A stretch of 64,000 bases of DNA from Antedon mediterranea (Eukaryota; Animalia; Echinodermata). Position numbers and translations under genes: made by a program. The DNA lies in contig NC_092673.1 in assembly GCF_964355755.1 (NCBI RefSeq), forward strand, positions 25,355,648 to 25,419,647, given 5' to 3'. Shown here piece after piece: positions 22,112-34,594 of this stretch; positions within the stretch are counted from its first letter, which is position 1, and every line of letters starts with the position of its first letter. Under the pieces are notes generated by a model. That model saw only the letters and a program-made list of their open reading frames with translations. It did not search any database and had not been told where the DNA came from.

Positions 22112-23012
22112 TGTAAATAATTTTAAGATAAATGCCATTTTGTAACTGTGGTGGCGCTATACAGTATTTGGTTTGGCGCGTCAGTAGCAGAAGAGGTACG
22201 AATGAGATGCATCCTTCGTCGCTGCTACTCAATCTTATGCATCAAAAAAGCTTGTTTTTGGGTATGTTTTATCTTTAATTTGTTAGTATTAGTTTAAGTA
22301 ATTGTTTGAGATCATTAATTGCCAGACTACAGCATGTTTGATGGTAATTTAACATAGTTTTCTTATTTTGAAAGTTAGACATTCATCTAACACGATGTGT
22401 GTGTTCTCATGCTTCGAGCATGTTCGAGCATCTTAAGGTCAAGTGACGAAGATGGATCACTTTACGGTCACGTGTCAAAACAGTAGATTCCAAGATGGCT
22501 GCTCCCATCGGAGAATACATTTGTTATATTATTGCTTGTGATATTGATAATTGATTATAAACCTTCATTATTTCGATTTAATAACTATTGATTTATTGAA
22601 AGAAAGTCATTAATTGATTGTTATATGTTATTGATATTTGTTTTACAGTCAACTTGTAACTTAACGATTACTGAATTGAAGGCTTGTGGTTTATGAGTTT
22701 GCGCCATAATTCATGTAAGGTTTGAACATTATTGGATTAACTCATATGTAGTATTTAATTAAAACCATCTATTTGATCATTTGTTAGACATACTGTATAA
22801 CATTGTTCATAGAACCACGTTCTGGTTAGTTATTCAAATTGTTTGTTTATTTGAGACTTGTTAAACGATATTAAGTGATTATTATTTGTATTTTTCTAGT
22901 CACCAGACTATTTTCAGAGTCAGAGAATAAAAGTACTGAAATTTACATAGTTTGCGTTGTTGTGTTGGTGCCCTCATTGTTCGTAGACTACATCAAGCCC
23001 AGATATTCTACA
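22112..23012 (+). repeat. BEL 3' LTR (901 bp)
   Basis: TGTAAATA...TATTCTACA, preceded by the PPT and followed by the TSD. Confidence 0.96.
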
Positions 23013-23039
23013 GACATTATTGAAAAGAAATTACATTTA

Positions 23040-23222
23040 TTGACAAACAATGACATTACAGTATTGACAAAGCAATGACATTATTGCCAAACAATGACAT
23101 TATTGACAAACAATGACATTATTGACAAAGCAATGACATAATTGCCAATGACATTTATTGACAAACAATGACATAATTGATAATGACATTATTGACAAAC
23201 AATGACATTATTGACAAAGCAA
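23040..23222. repeat. About 19-bp minisatellite (TGACAAACAATGACATTAT)
   Basis: About 9 degenerate tandem copies. Confidence 0.85.
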
Positions 23223-24115
23223 TAATAATAATATATTCATTTCACCAAAATATAAATATATGCATATTAACAAAGAAAATACTATAAATAATATTAAATA
23301 ACATTTTTACATTGCATTATAGGAGAAGAAAAAGAGAATTAAAAGTATAAATAACTTTTAATTTTAATTTGTCTTATTCACAGCCAACAGAGATATGAAA
23401 CCTGCACTCTAACAGGCTGAGATAAAACCAAACAATTTTATTAATTTTATATACAAATATGGATAAACTATCATAAAATATATTAATACCATTAACATTT
23501 ATTAAGATTAAGATGAAAATGGTAGTGCTCCGGGGCACCTGAATTTAACCAGTGAGCGCTCATAGCCACTGTACACAGCTGGAAAAAAAAATTATTACCT
23601 GAAAAAAACTAGTCAAATTGGCTTTGTTAAAACTACAAAATGGCCTATTCAAAGTCTGATTTTAAATAATCTTCATTTTTCATGTTTTTTGGGGAAAATA
23701 CATCTTTAAATAAAATAAAAGATAGTAATTACCAATCATAATTGTTTACACAATTTTTGGTGAAATATGCATCAATGTTCTGATACTTATCGGTCAAAAT
23801 GCCATGTCCAAAGTAAACATCTTCAATATAATAACTAGACATGAAACTCGTCACTTTGACGAGTTAGTTATCCGCACCACGACAAACGCCACGTGCACGT
23901 CATACGTTGGAATATTGCACACAGATAAAGATTATGGCATTATGACAAGAACTGAAGAATATGATATGCTGTTAGTGCTGAATTCTGTCAATTTTGTGTC
24001 ATATAGTATTGTAATATAATGTTGCGTTGTTGAGGTACTAATGAAGACTCTGACTCGCTTGATTGTTTATTCAGTATAATACTTCAGTACAATATACAAC
24101 TATAAGTATAGATAA

Positions 24116-26091
24116 TGTAATATAATGTTGGGTTGTTGAGGTACTAATGAAAGACTCTAACTCGCTTGACTGTCGTAACACATATATTATTTATTCAGTA
24201 TAATACTTCAGTACAATATACAACTATAAGTATAGATAAGGAACGCGGAGGATCAATGATGCTGTCGGTGAGGTGTGAAGTATGTTAGTCTGCTGTGAGG
24301 TGTGTGCTCCGTGAGGTGGCTGTAAGGTGTGTCTATGCCCTTCTGAAACTTGGGAGTATATTGGCTCAGTTCATTTGCATATGTCACTACATCATCTGTG
24401 AGGGTAACGATTGGTCCTAAGTTGATCCAGGGGTGTTTAAGTGGGAGTGATTAACGGTATAATAAGGTATTTCTGTGATGGATGACACTGTCAAATCTGT
24501 ACTTAAATAGTGTCCATCACTCCTGGTTTAACGATGGGAAAGGTCACAAAATTAAGCTAAGTGTTTTCTTTAGGGACTCTATTATAAACTAAATGGTCAT
24601 TAAAACATCTGGACAAACTCTCCTTTGGACTTTCTGGGTCAGTTTGTGAACCTATTTGAATTCCGATACAAAGGTCAATTTCTTAAATATAAAAGTATAT
24701 CTTTATATTACATCCCTCTGTTTCCCTTTTTTTTTTTCTAATCTATTTAACATATAAAAATGGTTATAATAGTGGCATGCAAAATTAAAGTTATATAAAA
24801 GAAAAAAACATTATTATACATATAAGCAAAAATTGAGTTAGCCAAAACCATTGACTCTGAAGTGTAACCTTATCACTTTCACTCTCTCTCTTCTCTCTCT
24901 TAAAAAAAATGAAATTAAAAATGAATTTGGTATAAAAATTCCGGAATTTATATAAAATTTGAAACAAAAAAATGTATATAAAAAAACAAAAGTGTTCTTC
25001 AAGATCGACATAATTGTGGGTCCGTTGCTTTGGAGGCATGCTACACTCGGATTACCGAAATATAAACATCACAACGGTTGGGTTTCCCTAAAAAACATCG
25101 GTCAAGAAGTCGACTCTCGTTAATTATTTGAAATAGAAAAAAAATTTATAAAGGATAAATTGAAATCAATCATATAATAATCGATAATAATAGGATGTAG
25201 TCCACAGTGTGCCGTCATTGGTATTTCTTGTTTATTTGTTGGCAATTTTTGTGAAACAATGTTCCGCAGCATTTGTTGATTGTACAATCAGTATGAAAGT
25301 TTTTAATTTCGGGGTTACATTGACAAATTTGGCAGGGGGTATCTTTGTATTTATTTTTCAGGTACTGCATGTTACGAATGTGCGAATATAGTTTTTTCTT
25401 ATATTTAGTTACAACATATCCAAATGGTGAGTGTTCGCTAGGTTTTAATTCGTCTTGGGGTATGATGCCTGTTTGTTGTCGGACTCTTCCACCATGTAAT
25501 ATAATGTTGGGTTGTTGAGGTACTAATGAAAGACTCTAACTCGCTTGACTGTCGTAACACATATATTATTTATTCAGTATAATACTTCAGTACAATATAC
25601 AACTATAAGTATAGATAAGGAACGCGGAGGATCAATGATGCTGTCGGTGAGGTGTGAAGTGTGTTAGTCTGCTGTGAGGTGTGTGCTCCGTGAGGTGGCT
25701 GTAAGGTGTGTCTGTGCCCTTCTGAAACTTGGGAGTATATTGGCTCAGTTCATTTGCATATGTCACTACATCATCTGTGAGGGTAACGATTGGTCCTAAG
25801 TTGATCCAGGGGTGTTTAAGTGGGAGTGATTAACGGTATAATAAGGTATTTCTGTGATGGATGACACTGTCAAATCTGTACTTAAATAGTGTCCATCACT
25901 CCTGGTTTAACGATGGGAAAGGTCACAAAATTAAGCTAAGTGTTTTCTTTAGGGACTCTATTATAAACTAAATGGTCATTAAAACATCTGGACAAACTCT
26001 CCTTTGGACTTTCTGGGTCAGTTTGTGAACCTATTTGAATTCCGATACAAAGGTCAATTTCTTAAATATAAAAGTATATCTTTATATTACA
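24116..26091 (-). mobile_element. Non-autonomous LTR element related to the Gypsy, inserted in the Gypsy 3' LTR
   Basis: Near-identical 597-bp LTRs (24116-24712 and 25495-26091), 782-bp internal region with PBS and PPT, 4-bp TSD ATAA. Confidence 0.93.
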
Positions 26092-27580
26092 ATAAGGAAC
26101 GGAGGATCAATGATGCTGTCGGTGAGGTGTGAAGTGTGTAGGTCTGCTTCTGAAGAAGTGGCTGTGAGGTGTAGATGTTCCTCTGAAGAAGTGGCTGTGA
26201 GGTGTGTGCTCCGTGAGGTGGCTGTAAGGTGTGTCTGGGCCCTTCTGAAACTTGGGAGTATATTGGCCCTCGGTTCATTTGCATATGTCACTACGTAATC
26301 TGTGAGGGTAACGATTGGTCCTAAGTTGGTCCAGGGGTGTTTAAGTGGGAATGATTGATCTTATCTGGGGAGGTTACAATGATGAATTGGCCCTGTCGAA
26401 TCTCTGCTTAAAACTGTCAATATCTAATTGTTTTACGATGGGAACAGTCACAAAGTTAAGCTAAGTGTTTTCTTTAGGGACTCTATGACCGTGTTCGTAC
26501 GGCGATTGAAATACACGTTTATTTGGTTTTTACCCTTGGGATTAACTAAATGGTCATTAAAACATCTGGACAAACTCTCCTCTGGACCTTCTGGGTCAAG
26601 TCTGTGAACTTATTTAAATTCCGATACAAAGGTCAATTTCTTAAATATAAAAGTATATCGTTATATTACATCCCTCTGTTTCCCTTTTTTTTTCTTCTAA
26701 TCTATTTTAAATATAAAAATGGTTATAATAGTGGCATGCAAAATTAAAGTTATATAAAAGAAAAAAAACATTATTATACATATAAGCAAAATTGAGTTAG
26801 CCAAAACCATTGACTCTGAAGTGTAACCTTATCACTTTCACTCTCTCTCTTCTCTCTCTTTAAAAAAATGAAATTAAAATGAATTTGGTATAAAATTCGC
26901 GTAAATCAAACATAAATCAGTTGAAAATAAAAATACAAAACTTAAAAATAGTATGTTACATTGAACATACATCAAATCGTGCGACAACTCATCGTGTTCT
27001 AATGGCCTTCAAACATAAATCATCAAATCAAAACATAAAACTCAAGAAACTGTGGCTGATTAGCCTAAAATCAAATATCAAACTTAATCACTTAAAACTT
27101 TAAAGAAACAAATGTGTGTGTGTCCTGTTGACACAAACTTATCCACAATATATCGTTATCGTCACAACTTTATCGATTTTTTTAAGCATTTATATTTACA
27201 GGCAATTACGATTTCAATCGGTCGACAAATTCGACTTTTGTACTCAATGTCAAAAAAATTACAATTAAAAGTACTATGAAAATCTCCTGTTATTGTATAT
27301 CAATTAATTAATGCTTGAGATTAACGACTCAAAGGTTAAACAAAATATTTGTTACAAAATGATTGTCGTTCTTTTCAATATCTCAATATATCGATCATCA
27401 AAATTCAAAATTAATCTTTATCAAAAAACTCGTTACAAAATCAATACTTAATCATAATTTCAATTCTCTTTTAACTGAAATCACATCATTACTAAACAAA
27501 TCTCATCAAATACGTAGACTATGCTATCATTAATTTAGCAAATGTCGTAATTTAAAAATAATCTTGCAAAAAAAATTAAA

Positions 27581-29569
27581 TCAGTAATTCGTTGCATTAT
27601 ACAAACGTTTTATGAATCGTTTTGGCGATCCACTTATCGGTATCTGTTTATCATTAATGATCTCTTTAATTAATTTATCTGTATCGTTATATCTGTCAAT
27701 ATTCCACCAAAATTTGCGATCATTAGATTCTTGTTTTGTTTTATCAGTGTTGCGTTTGGCTGAAGTCGGTTTAGAATATGAAACTAAAACTTGGAAATGT
27801 TCTGCTTTAAATCTACCTCGGTTTAATGTCATACTTGAATCATTAGGTGCTGTCATAATTAGATTAGTTTGTTCCTTAATTTGTTCCTCTTTCATTTGGA
27901 ATGGGGCTGCTAATCCCATGTTATTCTCTAAACAGTCAAAGTAAGGTTGTAAGTTAAGGGGTTCTACTTTAGTTGGATGTGTAAGGGTATCTGATTGCAA
28001 TTGGGCTGGTGTCCTATCATGTTCGTCTACAAATTCAACATTGATTTCGTCATTTACTACATTAATGGTGTTTTGGATTTTATCGTTATTATCATCAGTG
28101 GGTTCATTCAACAATTGTTTAAGTTTTTGTAGATGTGTAAAATTTTTGCGTTCTTTGGGTGTTTTCATAAAACAAAGTTTCAGTCTGTTATAATTGAATA
28201 CGTCGCGAAGTATTTCTCCTTTAATCGTCGCTAGGATGTAGTGTGTTCTGTCTAGTACTTCATGAATCACTAATGGTCCGACCCATTCTGCGGCGATTTT
28301 CTTTGAATTTGCTGTTAGTGATGATGATGTTGGCTTGTATAAATATACGAGTTGTCCTACTGGGTAAATTGGACTTTTTTCTAAGCGTTGAGAAATTTTC
28401 GAGTTTTGGACGTTTTATTGTGTTCGCTGTAATTGTAGCATTGTCTGTGAAATGTTTTGAAATTTCTTCTTGAGATGTTCAAAGTATTCTTCATAGGAAT
28501 GAGACAATCCTGAAATAGGGTTAAATGCTAATGAGGTCAAACTTGGAGGTTGGCGGCCAAAAACTAATTCGTAAGGGGAGTGGTTTCCTAGATGTGGGGA
28601 TGTAAACGAGTTATAAGCATAACATGTTGTTGATACAAATCTAACCCAATCTGTTCCGAATTGGTTAAGGTTGACCTTTAACAGGTCCGATACGGTGCGG
28701 ATATGACGTTCAACTTGTAAACTACCGTGATTGTGGACGCTGATGATTTTCCTATCAATATTAAGGGTGTTACATAATAGTGTTAATAATTTTCCTGTAA
28801 GGGAGGTTGCTGCATCTGAAATAAGACGAGATGGGGGTCCAAAAATACTGATGACCTTTTGAATTAGTGCTTCACAAATTGTTTCGGCATCAATGGATTT
28901 CAAAGGTACACAAATCAAAAATCTAGTTATCTCATCACATACTACCATAATATGTTTAAAACCTGAAGGTGATGTTGGCATACTCTTAAAATCTAGACTG
29001 AGTGTATGAAAGGGACGGTAAGTTGCTGGTACTCGATCGTGTAAAGGACGTAATTTATCGGTTTTGGGACGAAATTGTTGACATCTAAGACACGCTTGGG
29101 TATAATTGTTGACTTTCTCGAACATAAGGGGCATGTAAAATAATTTCCTAATAGTAATAGTACCTTGGTGGCTACTTAACAAATTGTCGTGATACTGAGA
29201 AATAATAGTCTCGGCTAAGTTTTCAGGAACAGCTAATTGCAATACAAATTCTCCACCTTTATCTTGGAAAAATAAACGGAATAGTAAACCGTTGCACAAT
29301 ATGTACTGCTCTGACTTATTCTGAACTGCACGAGCTGCTTTCTTATCAGCTGGAAGGATATCATGAGCTAAATAATCGTAAACTGGCTTAAAAAATGGTG
29401 AAGTTTCTTGTTCAACACGTAATTGTTTAACATCTACTGGGAGGTTATAATCTCTAATTATCTTTCTTTGAATAACATCTATTAATCTATCTAAGTCTTG
29501 TTGTTTTGGGATGTGTGCTGACTTAAATTCAGTTATGTTAGGTACTAGTGGTTTGGGCGATGTATACAA
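27581..29569 (-). pseudogene. pol: Gypsy integrase with one in-frame stop at 28415-28417
   Basis: HHCC (H..H..CLRC), LSLDF, ISDAA and VERH. The WVGPLVIHEV module and ORF 27581..28270 are in the same frame. Confidence 0.9.
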
Positions 29570-30528
29570 TTCAACTGGTACATTTCGATGTGTAGTGTCT
29601 TTGCTTTGCTTACAGTATTTTTGTCTACTAGTCGTTCCTCTGGAGGTTGTCGAATGTTTACATTACGTATTCGGGGTGGTGTTACGATAGATGGCGTTAT
29701 GATAGGCGGTGATCGATGTGCGTTTGTTTGTTGTCTCGTGATTATCTGTGGTGTAGTGGTAGGTTGAGGTGTAGGTCGCGTGTTTGTTGTCACTGGGTTT
29801 TGATTAATGACGGGCGTTTGTACTGGTTTGGGTTTATGTAGGTCAGGTATATTTATTCCCATTTTCTTGGCGTATGACCTTGTTACTGGTCTGCAAGTAG
29901 ATGTGTTTGTAATCGGGTTAAGAGATTCAGTCTCTGTAATATTAAATGCAATGGGTACAACTTGATCAATTTCGGAATCGTCGTCACGAGGGGCTCGGGA
30001 GAGAAAATCTGCTAAAACTAATTCAGTTCCTTTCTTATAACCAATTTGGAAAATGTATCCGGACAATCGTAATATTAGTTTCTGTAAACGGGGTGTACAT
30101 GGCTGATCTTTTGAATTCCAAATTTGTACAATTGCTGAGTGGTCTACGAATGCATCAAATTCGCAACCCTTTAGTAAATGTCGAAATGCTGAAACGTTAA
30201 TGTAAAGTCCAAATAACTCTAATTCTGTGACGCTATATCGTTGACAGGCTTGTGGTAAGATTTTGGAATAATAACCTATTATGTGTTCTTTACCGTTTAC
30301 TGTTTGTGTTAAATATGAACCTGTTGCGGTTCTTGAAGTGTCGCTATATAGCGTAACTCTACCTTCTTTTCTAGGCATTTGAAGAGTTGGTGGTTTAACC
30401 ATTAATTGTTTAATTTCGTCAAATGCTTTCTGGTGTTCAGTAGACCAAACAAATTTTCGGCGTTTACTTGCGAGTGTATGTAACGGACGTAAAATTGATT
30501 TGTATTTGAGGGAAAAAATGGGATACAT
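29545..30528 (-). pseudogene. pol: Gypsy RNase H region, frameshifted fragment of pol
   Basis: LYSDTS, IGYYSK, YSVTELE, VDHSAI and ADFLSR. Confidence 0.9.
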
Positions 30529-32290
30529 AATTTACTGCACCAATAAATCGTTTAGTTTCTTTATGGGTTCGTGGGACTGGCAAATTTCGGATAGCTGCAC
30601 ACCTGTCGCCTAATGGTGTGATACATGCGTGTCCTGAAGAATTAATCAGGATGGTGTGTCCCATATATTGCACTTTATTCTTGAATAACTTACATTTCTT
30701 TGGACAAATTCTAAAACCATTTAATTGTAGGGCTTGTAAAACGGAAACAAGGTGCTGCTTATGAGCGAATTTGTCTTGGCTAAATAAAATAATATCATCA
30801 TGATGGGCGATACAGAATTCTCTAGAATTTGGGATTTCATTTAAAATTTCATCAATCTTTGCTTGAAATATACCTGGCGAAACGTTTAATCCTTGTGCTA
30901 ATCTCTTATAATAATAATGTTTTCCACCATGATATGAAGCTATACCTGTATATTGTTGGGCATGTTCGGCTAATGATACACAGTGAAACGCTGATTTCAA
31001 ATCAATTACGCTAAGAATCTGTGCATTAGCGTTACCTATTGTTTTCAAAGTTTCGGCCAATAATGGGAATGGGTGATTAATACGTTTTATCCTGGAATTT
31101 AGATAGCGAAAGTCTGTGACAACTCTTTTATCTTTTGAATTTTTCTTTGAAACAAGAAGGACAGGGGAAGTATACGATTGGTGTCCTACTGCTAAGATTC
31201 CTAGTTTGACTAATTTGTTCAATTCGGCCTCAATAACATGTTTGTCTTTGTCTGTCGCGAAGTATGGTCGAATAAAAAATGGGTCATCATTAGAAAGGTG
31301 TATGTCAGCTTTGAAGTTTGGGCAGCTAGATAGTTCACCATATAGTGAAAATGCGTTTCTGTTTTGTTGTAAGGTTTTATACAAATCTTCTTTTTCTCTA
31401 TGTGTTAAAACGCTGTCTGTTAAATCAACTTGTTTTCTGATTATTTCTTCCTCGGTTAAAGTTAGCAATGGGTCTGTACGTTCTAAATGTGGGTACTTGT
31501 TTGCGTTTTCATTGGTCAACTTTATTCTATCAATTGGTAGGTCGTTAGTAACTGTTACAAGGTTGGTTAAGTGAAGGCTCGCGATAGGTTGATGTGTATT
31601 TAGAGATACGTTTCTGTTTGTGTTGTTAGTGATATCAATGTTGGTTTCTCCTCTGTGTAATTTTACTAACATATCTGATGGACAAAGTTTTGAAATATGG
31701 GTGGTTGCATGTAGAACAACATCAGAATTGCGTACAAAGGCGGGAACCCTTCCTTTTAATTTAACTGTTTTAGTATCACCGGGTTTAAGAAAAATCTTGT
31801 GTACTTGACGAAAGCTAAAAATCTTTGGTCTAATGCGAAATGTGTTTTCCTTAAAATTTAAAGTACCGTCGAGTTCAGACAATGTTTCGGTTCCAAGTAT
31901 CAGGTCAATACCTGTCAAATTTTTAACGATTAACCCTGAAATTTTAAATTTGTGTCCTTGGATAAATAATTCGAATTGCACTAAGTGGTTGGCGTATAAG
32001 AAGTCACCGTTGCCTAATGGAAATTTAGTTGTGTTCACTTTAATTGGCTTTAGACGCGATAAATAAAGTGAGGAATTAACGTACGATTGTGAGATTATAG
32101 TTCTAGTTGAACCACTGTCAAATAAAGTTAAAACATTTCTACCATTTGGTAAATTTCCTTTAACGTAATTTCTGTCGTTAAGTAACAAATCAATATTATC
32201 TGAATTCCCTAAGTATTTTGCCTTAAAATTGTCGTATTTAGTATGGGGGGCCAGATTATAGGCGGCATCTAGTCCCCTTTTTAAAAATCC
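30464..32290 (-). pseudogene. pol: Gypsy protease plus reverse transcriptase
   Basis: LFDSGS protease, RVVTDFRYLN, IDLKSAF, LAQGL and AHHDDII. The frame is open back to the slippery site at 32290. Confidence 0.92.
32284..32290 (-). promoter_or_regulatory. Putative -1 ribosomal frameshift site G GAT TTT at the gag-pol junction
   Basis: Gag frame reads CAG GAT TTT TAA. The -1 frame (GGA TTT TTA AAA...) runs without a stop into the protease. Confidence 0.7.
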
Positions 32291-32292
32291 TG

Positions 32293-33240
32293 CTAGTGGC
32301 TAGGGTAATAATTGTTTGACTGTTGGTATGGGTATGGCGGGGGATAATTTCCGTAAGAACGGTTTTGTTGTCGGCAGTGCCTTGCTATGTGGCCTGGTTT
32401 CCCGCAGTAATAACAGGTTGGGGGAGGTTGTCTATATCTTGGAGTCGGTGGGGTCTGGAATTGGGGTTTGTAGGGACTTGGGCTTCGGTTTCGTCTTGGG
32501 GTATAATTTCGGGTGGGGGAACGTGAGCGTCGAGTATCATCATTAAGGGATCGTTTTGTTGTGGCCATGTCTAACTTGAGAGAATTTATCTCATGTTGGA
32601 GCGATTCGAGACTATTATCTGTTTCCTTATTGATATTGAATGAAACTTCCCGTGTGGCATCATCTACGGAAAGGTCAAGGTAATTTTGTGTGCTATTTAC
32701 GATATTGTCAATAGTGGCATCGATTGGGGTGGACATGGCTACAGCTGCTCTACATTTTGGTGGAAGGGTCGAAATAAATTTATTCTTTATCTGCTGGTCA
32801 GCGTATCCAATTCTGTCTGCGGCTTGTTTGATTTTGGTTAAGTGCTTTTCGGCGTTGTCGCCGGTGGTGTAAGTAATTGAATCGTATTCTCTTATGTGCG
32901 CATAGATTGATTTGTTTTTACTAAACCTGTTGATGAATTGGGTTTTTAAGGATTCCAGTGAATCGAACTGCTTTCCCTCAATCCAGAGTCTAGCTTGGCC
33001 CTGAAGGCTACGTTTAAAAATACTTATTACATTAATTAATTGGGCATTGTTTACAGGGTTTTCTAAAGTGTGGGCCTCAAGGTAATCGGTAAACGACAAG
33101 TAATGTGCACTACATTGGTCGTGATCGGTTATGGAACCGTCATATCTTTTGGGAAGGAAATCGGTTTGTCTTAGGTGGGGCACGGGGTGAGGATTGACGG
33201 GCTCATTTAAAATTACTTCGTTATCAACAACGTCGACCAT
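32293..33240 (-). CDS. gag: Gypsy gag with CCHC zinc knuckle
   Basis: SLQGQARLW capsid-like motif and CYYCGKPGHIARHC. Confidence 0.92.
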   Translation of the reverse strand: MVDVVDNEVILNEPVNPHPVPHLRQTDFLPKRYDGSITDHDQCSAHYLSFTDYLEAHTLENPVNNAQLINVISIFKRSLQGQARLWIEGKQFDSLESLKTQFINRFSKNKSIYAHIREYDSITYTTGDNAEKHLTKIKQAADRIGYADQQIKNKFISTLPPKCRAAVAMSTPIDATIDNIVNSTQNYLDLSVDDATREVSFNINKETDNSLESLQHEINSLKLDMATTKRSLNDDTRRSRSPTRNYTPRRNRSPSPYKPQFQTPPTPRYRQPPPTCYYCGKPGHIARHCRQQNRSYGNYPPPYPYQQSNNYYPSH

Positions 33241-33587
33241 ACTTTATAATATTAATTAATCAAAATATCAAAAACAATTTAGTGTATATATATGTAAACT
33301 CTCACTTTTTCAATCAAGGTTACAAATCAAAAATCAAAATGGTTTTGACTTACCCCAAATGCTTCGGATCCAATTAAAAATGAATTAAAGGAATGCAAAA
33401 AGTGTTCAAAAATGTTTAAATGTTCAAACAACGAATTAAAGGAATGTTAAAAGTGTTCATCAATGTTCAAATTGGTCAAAAAAAAGTAAATGTTAAAAAA
33501 AAACGATCGAAAAAAAACGGCGTGAAGTTGAAAGTGTCCAAACGAAACAGTTCTTGTCCGCTTGCTTCTGTTTTGATTCTTCTTGGG

Positions 33588-33790
33588 TCTTCCTCGATTA
33601 TCTTCTTTGTCTTTATCCAATGGTTATAATTTGATAAAATTTCTGCTTGTCTCGGTCTCATTCAAATATAATTTCAGCTTGTCTTTTGTGTCTTCCTCGA
33701 TTATCTTCTTTGTCTTCATCCAATGGTAATAATTTGATAAAATTTCTGCTTGTCTCGATCTCATTCAAATATAATTTCAGCTTGTCTTTT
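33588..33790. repeat. Two-copy tandem duplication (about 103 bp) in the Gypsy 5' UTR
   Basis: TCTTCCTCGATTATCTTCTTTGTC...CAGCTTGTCTTTT occurs twice. Confidence 0.85.
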
Positions 33791-33926
33791 GAGTCAAAGT
33801 AAATTTCTGGTTTTCTCTTTTCAAACAAATATGGTTATTTTGTCTTCGTCTTCGTCTTCGTGTCTTGTTAAGTGTTTATTTCTTGTTTTCTCACTCTGTT
33901 CCTTATGAAATTTGGGTCTTCCACCA

Positions 33927-34552
33927 TGTAATATAATGTTGCGTTGTTGAGGTACTAATGAAGACTCTGACTCGCTTGACTGTCGTAACACATATATTGT
34001 TTATTCAGTATAATACTTCAGTACAATATACAACTATAAGTATAGATAAGGAACGGAGGATCAATGATACTGTCGGTGAGGTGTGAAGTGTGTAGGTCTG
34101 CTTCTGAAGAAGTGGCTGTGAGGTGTGTGCTCCGTGAAGTGGCTGTAAGGTGTGTGCCCCGTGAAGTGGCTGTAAGGTGTGTCTGGGCCCTTCTGAAACT
34201 TGGGAGTATATTGGCTCTCGGTTCATTTACATATGTCACTACGTAATCTTAGAGGTTACTGATTGGTCCTAAGTTGGTCCAGGGGTGTTTAAGTGCGAGT
34301 GATTGATCTTATCTGGGGAGGTTACAATGATGAATTGGCCCTGTCGAATCTCTGCTAAAAACTGTCAATATCTAATTGTTTTACGATGGGAACAGTCACA
34401 AAGTTAAGCTAGGGATTCTATTATAAACTAAATGGTAATTAAAACATCTGGACAAACTCTCCTCTGGACCTTCTGGGTCAAGTCTGTGAACTTATTTAAA
34501 TTCCGATACAAAGGTCAATTTCTTAAATATAAAAGTATATCGTTATATTACA
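33927..34552 (-). repeat. Gypsy 5' LTR (626 bp)
   Basis: TG...CA ends, adjacent PBS. Confidence 0.95.
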
Positions 34553-34594
34553 TTAGCTACAAAAGTCAAACTGCTATTATTTCTTTCATTATAG

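Larger units (their letters stand above)
6548..23012 (+). mobile_element. BEL/Pao LTR retrotransposon, defective, with nested insertions
   Basis: TG...CA LTRs, 5-bp TSD GACAT (6543-6547 and 23013-23017), PPT AGAGGGGAG at 22103-22111, gag with triple Cys-His motifs, RT-RH-IN order. Confidence 0.97.
24010..34552 (-). mobile_element. Gypsy/Ty3 LTR retrotransposon, degenerate and probably chimeric
   Basis: LTRs TGTAATATAA...TTATATTACA at 24010-26670 (interrupted) and 33927-34552. PBS TGGTGGAAGA next to 33926, PPT next to 26671, gag-PR-RT-RH-IN order. The flanks GTAT and TTAG do not match. Confidence 0.95.

Noticed and set aside
24010-26670. Assembly stutter or tandem LTR array
   Set aside because: The 4-bp TSD, PBS, PPT and distinct inner LTR subtype are better explained by a true nested insertion.
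27581-28270. Possible env or extra ORF of the Gypsy
   Set aside because: In frame with integrase beyond a single stop, starts in the GPY/F-like module, and has no signal peptide or TM segment.
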